Source: Octopus bimaculoides (Eukaryota). Taken from it: DNA of 64,000 nt. Where the stretch lies: the NCBI RefSeq assembly GCF_001194135.2, contig NC_068991.1, forward strand, positions 57,176,535-57,240,534. Direction: 5' to 3'. Below are positions 1 through 11,664 of the stretch, piece by piece. The notes beneath the pieces were generated by a model. It had not been told where the DNA came from, searched no databases, and saw only the letters and a program-made list of their open reading frames with translations. Position 1 is the stretch's first letter, and every line of letters starts with the position of its first letter. A program made the translations under genes and the position numbers.

Positions 1-180
1 ATATATATATATATATATATATAAATATACACATAATACATACTTATGTACCTATATATATATATATACATATATATACATAATACATACTTATATACAT
101 ACATACATATACACACATACACACACATATATACATATACATATATATATATTTATATATGTATACATGTGTGTGTGTGA
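1..180. repeat. Degenerate (TA)n/(TACA)n/(CA)n microsatellite
   Basis: Visible dinucleotide and tetranucleotide runs. Confidence 0.95.
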
Positions 181-1910
181 GCGAGTTAGTATGTGTGTTT
201 GTATTTGTGTTTGTGTTGTCCACTGCTTAACAATCAATGTTAAGCTAGAGATCACGGTTACCTTTTGGCATTAATATGTCTGTCGCTATACATCAGTACA
301 TACAGGATAAATTGTTTTTATACTGTCCCAGGTAATAGATGAGATGGCCACGGTTAGACTCTCTTCAGTGCATGACTATTCGAAAACAATAACACGTGCG
401 AACTCCCTCGTATGAGATACTTCACGATCAGCCATCGCTCTAATCGTTTGGAATTACGAAGTTTTCTTTTCTCGTCTGTTCCTTTTTTTCTTTCATCTGT
501 CATTCTTACCCAGCTCAAAGAATTTTGTGCATGAAAAAGTGAAACAACAAATAGCGAAATAATGATGTAATATATCCACTAGTTAGTTCTTGCAGCTGCC
601 TAAACGTGTTTCTTCAATGTAGAAGTAACACAAAAGAAAATAAAAACAATATATTGGTCTGACGATGAAATAGATATGGAAAGTAGCTGAATTTGTAGAA
701 ATAAAGACTATAGACTTATTGTGGAACAAAGCGAGTTCATTACATTGTAAGCCTTTGAACCATTGAACATATGTTTATCTACGCGTAGTTTTTTCTTTTT
801 ATTTAGAACTTCAAAATTTTATTCTAAAACAATAACTCTAACGTAATACTCATGAAAATTGAAAGAGTTTATTTGAGTGTGCCAAACAGTTAAAGCAAAT
901 ATAAATTTTGCATGCTTGTTTGTCGTGAAATCTACGATGTTCTACTTATCGGGGTTCGGTCTTGCGAAAAGATCAGCATAATTGTGAATAACAAAAGTAG
1001 AAAAATACAGCGAATGCCATCATGAATAATATACTCGCTTGCATAAGAATGACTTGGCGCCAGAGTATGTTCTGCTATTGATTTCATCGAGAAGTTGTGG
1101 GCATGCTGGTGTGATGCCATTACACCCCGCCACGCATATATATTATCAGTGTCATACACTAAATATATATATGCTGTTAAACGCAAGTAGTTGTGTTATG
1201 CCGTCTGAGGGAGGTCCCTTCAAAGACTACAGCGTTAAAAAAGCACAGTATACTTCAAAAATAGACGAAACGAAATCGAGACGGAAGTGGACGAGATCGT
1301 CATACATGTGGATATTTCACAGTTTTTCCTAATCATCGGTGTCATGACCTGATCCCACTTTCAAAACGAATTCCAAATAGCCAGCTAGTAGTATATAGAC
1401 AAATAATATAACTTTCTATTTCCTGATTTCCATTAGCGTTGCACAAGTAGAACAAAATGGAGCTACTCGGCGTGTGCGAGTAGTTCCTTATGGCCTCCGC
1501 ACGTGGCTGCGGATGTCATAACAGAAAATATGTTGACTAAAGTCATGGAGGAGTGTGACGGAAAAAGTTTTTTCTACCACACCGTGAACTCCAGCTACAG
1601 CTAAATAGAATGTGTAACACATAACAGAGATGCCTGTACTTGAAGCTTTTTACAGTGAGGAAAGGCCTCGATTAGTGCCGATCCCTCTCTCTGAACATAT
1701 GTATGTATGTATGTACGTATGCATGCATGTATGTACGTGACATACATTAGTTAGTTATGTTTTGAATTCACATCTCTCACAAATCATCTATTTATCTTCC
1801 TTACGACACTAAAGTCAACTACCAGAAGGAAGTTCAGTTTAATAATCCAGTGATCCTTCTGCGTCTATACCCGTGCGTCAATATTTAGCAAGTATTATTA
1901 TTATTATTTT

Positions 1911-1911
<1 letters not shown>

Positions 1912-1970
<59 letters not shown>
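1912..1970. repeat. (TAC)n microsatellite
   Basis: Pure TAC run following an (ATT)n run. Confidence 0.95.
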
Positions 1971-2351
1971 AGTGATCTTATGCCAACATTTGAAACGAAT
2001 ATTAATGTGTTCTGTATTTTAGAGACAGAATTTGGCTGCCAAGGCTAGCACATCAAATTTTGATGTAAATTAAGGTGTGGTTATGATTAATTCGTACGAA
2101 CTTACATGAAAGACATTTATCAAAAGGAAAAATGTTATCTTTAAGAAGAGTCGTATCAGAAAGAGTGCCTGATCTGAAAGATCGTTAAAATGTTACATAG
2201 TAAAGTTGTATATAACCACGTTTTCTAGATATTCAATACACCTTCTTCCTTGTATGTGTAAATATATACATGAAAGTGGTATTAAAGGCTACGAGGGTAT
2301 CCGTTGAACAACAGACTGGAGTTTAAAGCCTTTATATAATTATAGCAGCTA

Positions 2352-2391
2352 TCTATCTATCATCTATCTGTCTATCTATCTATTTGTCTAT

Positions 2392-2426
<35 letters not shown>

Positions 2427-2490
2427 ATTATCTATCTATCTATTTATCCATCCATCTATCCATCTCTCTCTCCCCCTTTCTCTCTCTGTA
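2352..2490. repeat. (TATC)n microsatellite grading into (CT)n
   Basis: Visible repeat. Confidence 0.9.
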
Positions 2491-2868
2491 AATATATATA
2501 AAACTTTTTCTGTCTTTCTATATATGTGTGTCTCTGTATGTACGTGTGTGTGTCTGTCTATGCATGTGTGTGAGTGTGTGAGTGTATGTATGTGTATTTC
2601 TTGTGTGTAGAATTAAACATATGATTGCTACTGATCAGTTTAGAGCTCAACGTAGATTATCATCATTCCATCTACTACTAGTAAAATGATGTGATTATTA
2701 CAGCCCTTAGAACTAGTACCGGTTAAAATTAACAGTAAACGTAGCATCCAATTGTACTATGAACACCTACTGCGTATGATGCAATTAAACAATATGGTTA
2801 AACGCACATAGGAATCAAAATTATTGAAAATGCATCTTCCGTTTATCATACACATATANNNNNNNNNN

Positions 2869-3200
2869 GAGGCGCAGGAGTGGCTGTGTGGTAAGTAGCC
2901 TGCTTACCAACCACATGGTTCCAGGTTCATTCCCACTGCGCGGCACCTTGGGCAAATGTCTTCTACTATAGTCTCGGGCCGACAAAGCCTTGTGAGTGGA
3001 TTTGGTAGACGGAAACTGAAAAACGCCCGCCGTATATATATATATATGTGTGTGTATATGTGTATCTGTGTTTGTCCCCCAAACATTTCTTGACAACCAA
3101 TGCTGGTGTGTTTAGATCCCCGTAACTTAGCGGTTCTGCAAAAGAGACCGATAGAATAAGTGCTAGGCTTACAAAGAATATGTCCTGGGGTCGATTTTCT
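2869..3200 (+). mobile_element. SINE family A (tRNA-derived head), near full length, last part of 3' end lost
   Basis: A-box-like TGGCTGTGTGGTAAG, B-box-like GGTTCATTCCC, CCTTGGGCAAATGTCTTCTACTATAG core, internal (TA)/(TG) tract, then GACAACCAATGCTGGTGTGTTT tail; homologous pieces recur in the window. Confidence 0.85.
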
Positions 3201-3366
3201 CGATTACATCGACTCCAGTGCGTAACTAGTACTCATGTAATCGAACTCGAAAAGATGATGAGCAAAGTCAACCTCGGTGAAATTTGAACTCAGAAGGTAA
3301 AGACAGACGAAATGCCACTAAGCACTTCGCCCGGCGTGCTAACGATTCTGCCAACTTGCTGCCTTA
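3200..3366 (-). mobile_element. SINE family B, tail lost
   Basis: Reverse complement of the AAGGCGGCGAGCTGGCAGAATCGTTAGCAC...GTTCAAATTCC...GGGGTCGAT family seen many times in the window. Confidence 0.85.
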
Positions 3367-3473
3367 ATATCGTAATTAAATAATAGCATCAAAGAACTAC
3401 CTATGGATATATTAGAAACTTACCTTCTCCAGAATTTACAGCTCTTTGTTAGGGTTCAATATTAATTTGATCC

Positions 3474-3690
3474 AAGGCGGCGAGCTAGCAGAGTTGGTAA
3501 TGTGGCGGGCAAATAGCTTAGAGGCATTTCGTCTGGCTTCACGTTCTGTGTTCAAATTCCGTCGAGTACGAGTTTGCCTTTCATCCATTCGGGGCATAGT
3601 GAAAATAAATAGCAGATGAGCACTGGGTCGATGTAATCGAATTCACCCCCTCCCCCAGAATTGCTGGCCTTGTAACAAACTTTGAAACCA
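3474..3690 (+). mobile_element. SINE family B, diverged full length
   Basis: AAGGCGGCGAGCTAGCAG head, GTTCAAATTCC B-box, TTTGCCTTTCATCC core, GCTGGCCTTGT..TTTGAAACCA tail. Confidence 0.85.
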
Positions 3691-3961
3691 ATAATAATTC
3701 TAATCTGTTATTAGAAAATTTCGAACTTTTTGCATGCGTTAGACGATCCATACTTTTGCATGTGGATCAGTCTCCATTAAAAGAAAATACTGAAAGAAAC
3801 AGAGAACTAAACCTCGACGAGCAGATAAACAAATTCTATTTATTTCTGGTTCATTAACATATGGTAAAGTAATAAATAAATTCCTGTTGGTTTCCAAGGA
3901 GTATGTGCATTTCAAATTCTTCGTTTGCTTGCCCCTATTTTGTTGTAGGAAAATAGACATA

Positions 3962-4035
<74 letters not shown>

Positions 4036-4065
4036 GCACGCACACACACACACACACACACACAC
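3962..4065. repeat. (CA)n microsatellite
   Basis: Near-pure CA run. Confidence 0.95.
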
Positions 4066-4229
4066 ATGTGAGCTCGCGCACACACATGCATAGATACACA
4101 TAAACGCATACACATAAACGCATACAGTCTTAATTTATAGACTGGCATACGCACACATATGCACACAAATATACATATGCATACATACATGTATACATGT
4201 GTGTGTGTGTGTGGGGGGCTGTATGAGTG

Positions 4230-4262
<33 letters not shown>

Positions 4263-4680
4263 AGTGACCGATATACGCGAAAGCTCAAGTATAAACAAGC
4301 GACACAAACGTATATACACTAATTTTCGTCTATTATAAAATGCGGTCACAAACTTGCTCCTAGTTGGAAAATCCCAGAGGTCCTAACATCAACATATATC
4401 ATCTCTGTTTCTTTACATTAAGACCATATATGAAATAATATTAAAAATTAGATATTTTAAGCAATTTCGCAGTAAGCCTTCGCATCCACACCTAATTTTA
4501 GAATAACCATTCAGCTGATATTCTACCAATTATTACAAATGGCATTCCAACTGAACAACGCAATATTTCATTATATCAAATATCAAAACTAAGAACTTCT
4601 CTTTACAAACCAAGACTAACTAGAAAAAGCTTTCGTTATGCTAATAATTATATAGGCGTATAATATAGGCGTATTATATA

Positions 4681-5356
4681 GGCGAGCTGGCAGAATCGTT
4701 AGCACGCCGGGTATAATGCCTGGCAGCATTCTGTCCGTCTTTACGTTCTGGGTTTAAACGCCGCCGGGCGACTTTGCCTTTCATCCTTTCGGGGTCGATA
4801 AAATAAGTAACAGTTGTGTAGTGGGATCGATCTAATAGACTGGTCTACTCCCCCAAAATTTCGGGCCTTGTGCTTTGAGCAGAAAAGAATAATTATCTAG
4901 GCATATAAGTCGGTGAGATGGCAGAATCGTTAGCACGCCGAGCACAATGTCTAGCAGCATTTTGTCCGTCTTTCCGTTCTGGGTTCAAATGCTACCGGGG
5001 TCGACTTTACTATTCATCCTTTCGGGGACGATAAATTAAGTGCCAGTTGCGTACTGGGGTCGATCTAATCGACTGGCCTCCTCCCCCAAAATTTCGGGGC
5101 CTTGGGCTTAGAGCAGAAAAGAATAATTATCTAGGCATATAAGTCGGTGAGATAGCAGAATCGTTAGCACACCGGGCCAAAATGCCTGGCAACATTCTGT
5201 CCGTCTTTACGTTTTGGGTTTAAATGCTGCTGGGGCCGACTTTACCTTTAATTCTTTCGGGGTCGATAAATTAAGTAGCGGTTGGGTACTGGAATCGGTG
5301 TAATCAGCTTAAGTCTCCCTCTAAATTGCTGGCCTTATACCAAAATGTGAAATCTA
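4681..5356 (+). mobile_element. Head-to-tail trimer of SINE family B (period 231-234 bp)
   Basis: GCAGAATCG at 4690, 4921 and 5155; identical junction GAGCAGAAAAGAATAATTATCTAGGCATATAAGTCGGTGAGAT occurs twice. Confidence 0.9.
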
Positions 5357-5365
5357 TAATTATAA

Positions 5366-5735
5366 AGGTGCAAGCATTCCAGTGTGGTTAAGAAGCTTGC
5401 TTTGAAGCCATATGGTCTTGGGATTGGTCCCATTGCTCAGCACCTTGGCCAAGCGTATTCTACTGTAAACCGGGTTTTGTGTGAAAATGTTGGCCAATGG
5501 AAACTGTGGGGAAGGTGGCAGTATATATATATATATATATACACATACACAAATATGTATGTATATATGCACATGTGTATGTATGTATATGAAGGCCTGC
5601 CATACAGTTTATATATATATACGAGCGCACAAGTATGACTCGACTTGGGCCGATGTATTTGACTAAGCCTTTCGAAACGGTGCCCTAGCATGGCCGCAGT
5701 TCAATGACTAAAATATGTAAACGATAGAAGATACA
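5366..5735 (+). mobile_element. SINE family A, heavily diverged
   Basis: GTGTGGTTAAGAAGCTTGCTT head, CACCTTGGCCAAGCGTATTCTACT core, CATGGCCGCAGTTCAATGACT tail. Confidence 0.65.
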
Positions 5736-5877
5736 AAGAAGACAAGCTGGTTACATTTGGTTTTCATTTTATAATAGGTTAAGTCTGTTCAATTAAGCCT
5801 GGCAAGAGACTAGACAAAAAACATCATTAACAATAGCCATAACAGCAAAAACGATAACAACAATATTTTTCAAGCTG

Positions 5878-6069
5878 AATAAGGCGGCGAACTGGTAGGA
5901 GCGTTAGCACGCCGGACGAAATGCTTAGCGGTATTTCTTCCGTCTTTACGTCCTGAATTCAAATTCCGCCGAGGTCGACTTTGCCTTTCATCCTTTGGGG
6001 TCGATAAATTAAGTAACAGTTGACTCCCCTACCCAAAAAGTTTCTGGCCTTGTGCCTAGAGTAGAAAAG
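5878..6069 (+). mobile_element. SINE family B with 16-bp target site duplication
   Basis: Close family match; AATATTTTTCAAGCTG at 5862-5877 and 6070-6085. Confidence 0.92.
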
Positions 6070-8142
6070 AATATTTTTCAAGCTGTAGTAATGTTAAATT
6101 TTGGTTGGTAGGTCAAATATACGGCCTGGTTTAATCCTGCCATTCTTTGGTCCTGTTGCGGAGTTCACGCTGCGGCAAGCGTACGCGCCTGTTGCTGTAG
6201 TTTCTAACTCACCGAATTTTTATTACCAACGAAATAGCAAATCTCTTCCTATATAAAGGATAAAAAAACTTAATAACTCGATTAAAAGAATTCCTTCTCG
6301 TAAACCAACGGCTCACGAACTAAACTCTTATTATACTGATTACATCTTTGATAAGGAAATTCGCAATGATTTTCCTTAGAATTTCCTTTGTAATCATGCT
6401 TCTTCTTGAAGATGGAGATCTACAGATGTTTACAGTGCACATCAGCTGCAAGCACAGCGCCAGTCTTGCATGTCACGAAAATGTTTTGGAATCTGATCTA
6501 CTTCTTCTTTCTTGAATTACTTATTAGTCAAAGTGTATTTTCAAATACTAAGTATTCCATTCCTTTTTCCAGAATGAATAACCCTTCATAATTATCATCT
6601 CTTCTCTATATTTACTAAACAAAGTTGTTAGTGGATGTCTAATGTCATATTTTATAGTTCCCGGTAATGAATGATACGTTTCGGTTTATTTCCGGTTTGT
6701 GTCATCAGGCGCCGTTAATAAACAGGTGATCTATCAATCTTACGCGTTTTCACTTTACTTCTGCGAGCGTGTGTGTGTGTCTGTGTGTATGTGCCTGTAT
6801 ATGCGTGTGCGCGACTGTGTGCGCGCGTGTGCTTAGGATATATAACACCCATTTTTTCGGTAGGCGTTTTATTCTAGCTTTTTTATTTTTCTTCGGAGAC
6901 TTTTTCCGCTAATTAAGTCATCTCCATCGTTCTTCTCAAAATTTGGTCGGTAATATTCATCCGTAATCGCAAACATCGCACGTAAACAACTTCATGCAGA
7001 AATATGCTAAAATCTGTTTGTTTATAACCTTAGATTTTGTATTCACCTCTTCCAGAGAAAGGTGGTGGTGGTGGTGGGGGGCAATTTTTCTGTATTTTAC
7101 ACAATTATTTTCAATTATCAAGTTTTAATTAAACTTGATAATTGAAAATGTTCTTCGAGACTATTTTTGTTTTGCTCAAAAGAATGCTATTTATTTGCAT
7201 TATAGAAGCCAGGTTAGTTTAGAGTGGGATTATAGTTATTTTTTTTTTTAGTTTAAAGTGAAGATTATAGTTATTCTTTTAACCATGAGAACAAAACAGT
7301 TGTTCTGTGTATTAGTTATCTATTTTATTTCAATTGGAGTCGAATTCTTGCCTTTGTATGGGGTTCTTATTGTAAGAACGCTGAAAATATTTTACAAATT
7401 TGTAAATTATGATGGCTTAATAAAACTACTGGAAGATTTTGATTCTGTCATGACAAAAGCTCTTAGTAATAAGGAAAAAATGTGGAAGAATATCGTATTT
7501 GTGAAGAACGAATGTGTTCAGTTGATACTTTATACTCTTTATCAGTAATCGCTATGTAACATTCTTAAAGACCAGATATTTGGATTAAGTATTTGTACAT
7601 ACCAAAAGACACCGAGAAAAAATAAAACGTTATATATACTTTTCTTTTTTATATATAGATTTTATGCAAAGAAATTATATTTGCAAGACAGTTTTATTTT
7701 TCTTAGGTTTATCCAACTAAAAAGAAAGGAAACTGAAAAAGTGGTGAAAGGAATTTGGGACAATTTATAATAAAAGAGATTACACCGTTAAAAGACGATC
7801 CATCTCAAAGCTATCACCATCTGCATATATGGCTGGTTATGGAACAGATGTTCAACAGCGGATAATGAACAAAATTGCAATGCTATTGGTGTAAATTGTA
7901 ATAATCATTCTTTTTATTTAGTTCGAATATTTAGAATGACATAACGATTATTGGAGAAATATAATGATGGTAATCTTTTTCGGAGCAATTCAGTCACTTT
8001 ATTCAGTCATTCATTTTCCAGTTTAACAGTTTGTTGCCAAAAGTTGAGGCTGTATAAAGTGTTGGTAATCTTTAATATGAGGTTCTGGGAGTTTCAGAAT
8101 ATCGACTGGGTTGTCAGTTCATGAATATACTGCTATAACTCT

Positions 8143-8355
8143 TTGTAATTCTGGCACAAGGCCAGTGATTTCAAGGAGAGAGGTAAATCGATTACATCGA
8201 TCGGTGTTCATCTATTTATTCATTCTATCGACCCTGGTGGGATAAAAGGCAAAGCCAACTTCAGCGGCATTTGAACTCAGAACGTAAGAAGCCGGAAGAA
8301 ATGCTGCTAAGCATTTTGTCTTACGTGCTAAAGATTTTGCCAGCTCATCACCTTT
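8143..8355 (-). mobile_element. SINE family B
   Basis: GGCACAAGGCCAG tail, ATCGACCC..AAAGGCAAAG core, TTTGAACTCAGAACGTA, GCCAGCTC head on the + strand. Confidence 0.8.
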
Positions 8356-8374
8356 GAATAGACTGATATAATCA

Positions 8375-8560
8375 TTTCTGCTATAGGCAGAAGGCATGAA
8401 ATTTTGTGGGGAGATTCTAATCGATTGCATCGACATCAGTATTTAACTGATATTTACTTTATCGACTTCCACGGAATTTGAACTCACAACGTAAAGACGG
8501 TTGAGAAGCCGCTTTGCATTTTGTACTCTGTGCTCACGATTCTGTTAACTAACCGCCCTT
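8375..8560 (-). mobile_element. SINE family B, internally deleted
   Basis: TCGATTGCATCGAC, GGAATTTGAACTCACAACGTAAAGACGG; the core between the two TCGAC motifs is missing. Confidence 0.7.
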
Positions 8561-9521
8561 CAATAAAGTGATATAACAGAACATTTGCAAAGCAAGGTCG
8601 ATGGTCAAAAACAAACTGTTTATATAAGAGATGATGCAGGACTCTTCATGAATCAATTTTTTACTAATGGTTTCTTGTTTTTGCTTGGATTTTGAAATAA
8701 AATTTTTGTTCGGTATCCAACCCTTAAAAAAAACCACAACAAAGATTACATCATAAACTTTTAGAAGTGTACTTAGGATGTAAATATTCTTTATTGTAAT
8801 AGTTTTGGCAGTCAGGTCTCATTGATCAATGAATCACTTGTAGTTTGGATGGAAGAAAAATTAGCTGACCCAAGGACTTGGACACAAAGTTTTACGTCTT
8901 TTAGGTTGTAGACAGTTTTAGCCATTTACGTACATCATTTAGATAGTAGACAGTTTTATTCAAGAGAAAACAGCATCATAGCGTATTTAATGATGCCACA
9001 AAAAAAAGCACGGGCATATCAGGCGTATCCTAATTTCAGCAATACTCAATCAGGAAAAATGGTATTTTTTGTTCATGAGATCTGGGATGATATTTTGAGA
9101 TTTTTGGGGGTAAAAGTGAGTTTTATAAATCACCAGAAACGTTACGTAATGTAAATGCATTTTAAAAATTCTGTCTCAAACTTGGTCAATATTATTGGTG
9201 TCTGATCATGATGACACACCGTTTATTTATCTATTATACGCTAACCTCAATAAATGATTTTGTTTTAGCCCCACATACTTGCGTTTTAAAATGTGTCCCA
9301 TCATTATGAGGCATTCGGTAGATTCTGTTGCTGTTATTGATAATGTTTAGGCCTAGATAACCCCAGAATGAACTAACCCTTGATGAAAGACATTCTAGAG
9401 TTAAATCCCCTAATTTTGTCTGATGCACAATGTACCTAGGAGTATATTTTCCAATGTCTCATTCCTAAGAAGACAGGACTTAATATGAAATTTGTTTTCT
9501 ATAGTTAGCAGATCGAGAGGA

Positions 9522-9680
9522 GTCTGTGTTTGTTTTGCTACTCAGCTTGACAACCGCTGTTGGTTTGTTTCCATCCGGGTAACTTAACAGTTCGGCAAAG
9601 GAGAAATAATTAAGTTGTGGGTTCGATTTGTTCAACCAGACTCTTCAAACCTGTGCTCCAGCATGATCTCAGTTCAACAA
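9522..9680 (+). mobile_element. SINE family A 3' half, diverged
   Basis: GCTTGACAACCGCTGTTGG..GTAACTTAACAGTTCGGCAAA..TCGATTTGTTCAAC..GTGCTCCAGCATG. Confidence 0.6.
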
Positions 9681-10154
9681 CAACAACAAGCAGAAGATAA
9701 CAGATACTATCCTACAGCAAGGACTTCATTATCCATTGCTTCCTCCCGATCTGAAGATGTCAGAACGCGACTTATCGGAGATTTGGCTACGATTCTAGCA
9801 AGTGGAATGACCAGATAGAGATTGTTTTGTTAGATCAGCTCTGTATGGTTCTATTTTTTATGTAATCAACTTGTGTATCGGAAAATATTTTTATTTTTTA
9901 ACCGCAGTTTCACCCAATAATAAAGTAAATAAAGCTAATTGTTTAATTTCATTCCTATTGTGTTTTGATATCATTCAGCTGTGCATGACAATGATTTTTT
10001 CGTATTTAGCTGAAAATGAAACGTAACCGCTCCTCTAATTAATTTTTAATGATACAGATGCGTTAATTAATTTAGACTTGAAGTTCTTTGTGATGGATCC
10101 ATTGTTATCTTAACTGGAATTTTTTTTTAGCAATAATGAGATGTAACATTATTA

Positions 10155-10275
10155 GAAGGCCACACACTTGTAGTGGAGGGTATAGGTCGATATAATCGAC
10201 CCCCGTGTATTAGGAGTAATTATTTATATCGATCCCTGGAGTGTTGGGGTTGAAAGGGGAAGTCAACTCTGGCAT
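10155..10275 (-). mobile_element. SINE family B fragment
   Basis: GTCGATATAATCGACCCC and downstream ATCGATCCC..GAAAGG..GTCAACT motifs. Confidence 0.5.
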
Positions 10276-10486
10276 AAAGGGACCTTCACAGTAAATACCA
10301 AGTAAATGCATCACATTGGTCCTGCGGAGAGATGTGATGGCCAATTGGTTAAAAGGTTTCATTATTTGCTCATAAAACAAGCGTTCAAACTCGCACCAGT
10401 AAAGGTCTCTGGTTTGATCTCTGCTTTCGGCATTTTACAACGTAAACTTAGCTGCAGCCATGGCGATGTGGTTAAGAAGTTCTATA

Positions 10487-11221
10487 ATGAAATCCGTCGA
10501 AAGGATAAGCCCGAGTACAAAGAAATAAGAACTCACAATATGGTAGAAGCTATAGCAACTCAAAATAAAAATGAGTGCTAGTGGAATGTCCTAGTGGAGT
10601 CCTCAATGAAATGTAAGCACAACAGACCTGATATAATGCTTGGTTTAGAGAAGAGAAACTGTGAGCACAGTTGTGGAAATTAGCTGCCCAACGGATGTTA
10701 ACATAAAGCTGAAGATCAAGGCAAAAGAGAATATCTACACAGAACTATTGAGAAATCTGCATATACTCTATACAGATCACACGTTCAGGTTTAAGCCTCT
10801 AATGATTGGGGTCCTAGGATATGTAACACGCTGCCTAAATACCAATCTTAGAAAATTAGGCTTCTCAAAACCAGAAAGGTGAAAGTTAATTCGAAGACTA
10901 CAGTTCTAATCCATCACTGGAGTTGTAAAGATCTGCAAAGCCTTCACGAAGTTTTTTATTTAAATATATATGAACATGTCTAGATGTGCAACTATATGCA
11001 TGAGAATACACACATAAAACAAAACATACAAATTTGCACACATACATGCATACATAGATACATACATACATACAGACATGCATACAAACAAAAATAACCT
11101 GTTGTTGATGTTGAAATTCCAATGAAGGAGCCTCGGATCTAGGTTAGAAACCGGTTCTTTCTCTATTGGCAAGAAATCTTGAAATAAAACTGAACAATGA
11201 AATAAAACTGAACAACTGAAC
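10487..11221 (+). mobile_element. 3' end of an RLE-type non-LTR retrotransposon (R4/Dong/NeSL-like): restriction-like endonuclease remnant plus 3' UTR
   Basis: Frameshifted translation W..CKHNRPDIM..TVVEISCPTDVNIKLKIKAKENIYTELLRNL..FKPLMIGVLGYV fits the PD-(D/E)xK RLE pattern; ends in TGAAATAAAACTGAACAA tandem units followed by (TACA)n. Confidence 0.8.
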
Positions 11222-11345
11222 AATACATACATACATACATACATGCATGCATACATACATACATACATACATAGATGCATGCATACATACATGCAAACAT
11301 ACATACATACATACATGCATACATGCATACATACATACATACACA
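11221..11345. repeat. (TACA)n microsatellite
   Basis: Visible repeat. Confidence 0.9.
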
Positions 11346-11664
11346 ACCATATATGCATGTATACACGTATGTGTGTATGAATATATAAAATTTTAAAATG
11401 ATGCATGTAACATCTTAGCAAGTGTAAAAGTAATTAATAAATATTATTTAATTAAAACAGAATTAACTTTATTCTATATTTACGACAGCAATTATGATAC
11501 AAGTTATTGTAGCACGCTTAAGAAAATTGTTTATCGACTAAGGAAATAATTTTATACATGCATAATTAAAATTAAAAACCGTTAATTTATTAAAGGCAGT
11601 GATATGATGCAGCATTTAGAGATTTAGAGTTGTGCTGTTAATTATATATATATAACAGATTATA

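Noticed and set aside
1490-1560. HDV-like ribozyme (GCC..GGC P3-like motif)
   Set aside because: Could not identify P1, P2 or P4 in the required nested order
2869-2945. tRNA gene at SINE heads (also 18940-19021 and 34669-34755)
   Set aside because: A/B-box-like motifs only; no cloverleaf that I can fold, and each continues into a SINE body
4681-5356. CRISPR-like repeat/spacer appearance
   Set aside because: The spacers are homologous SINE bodies about 190 bp long, there are no cas genes, and the context is eukaryotic
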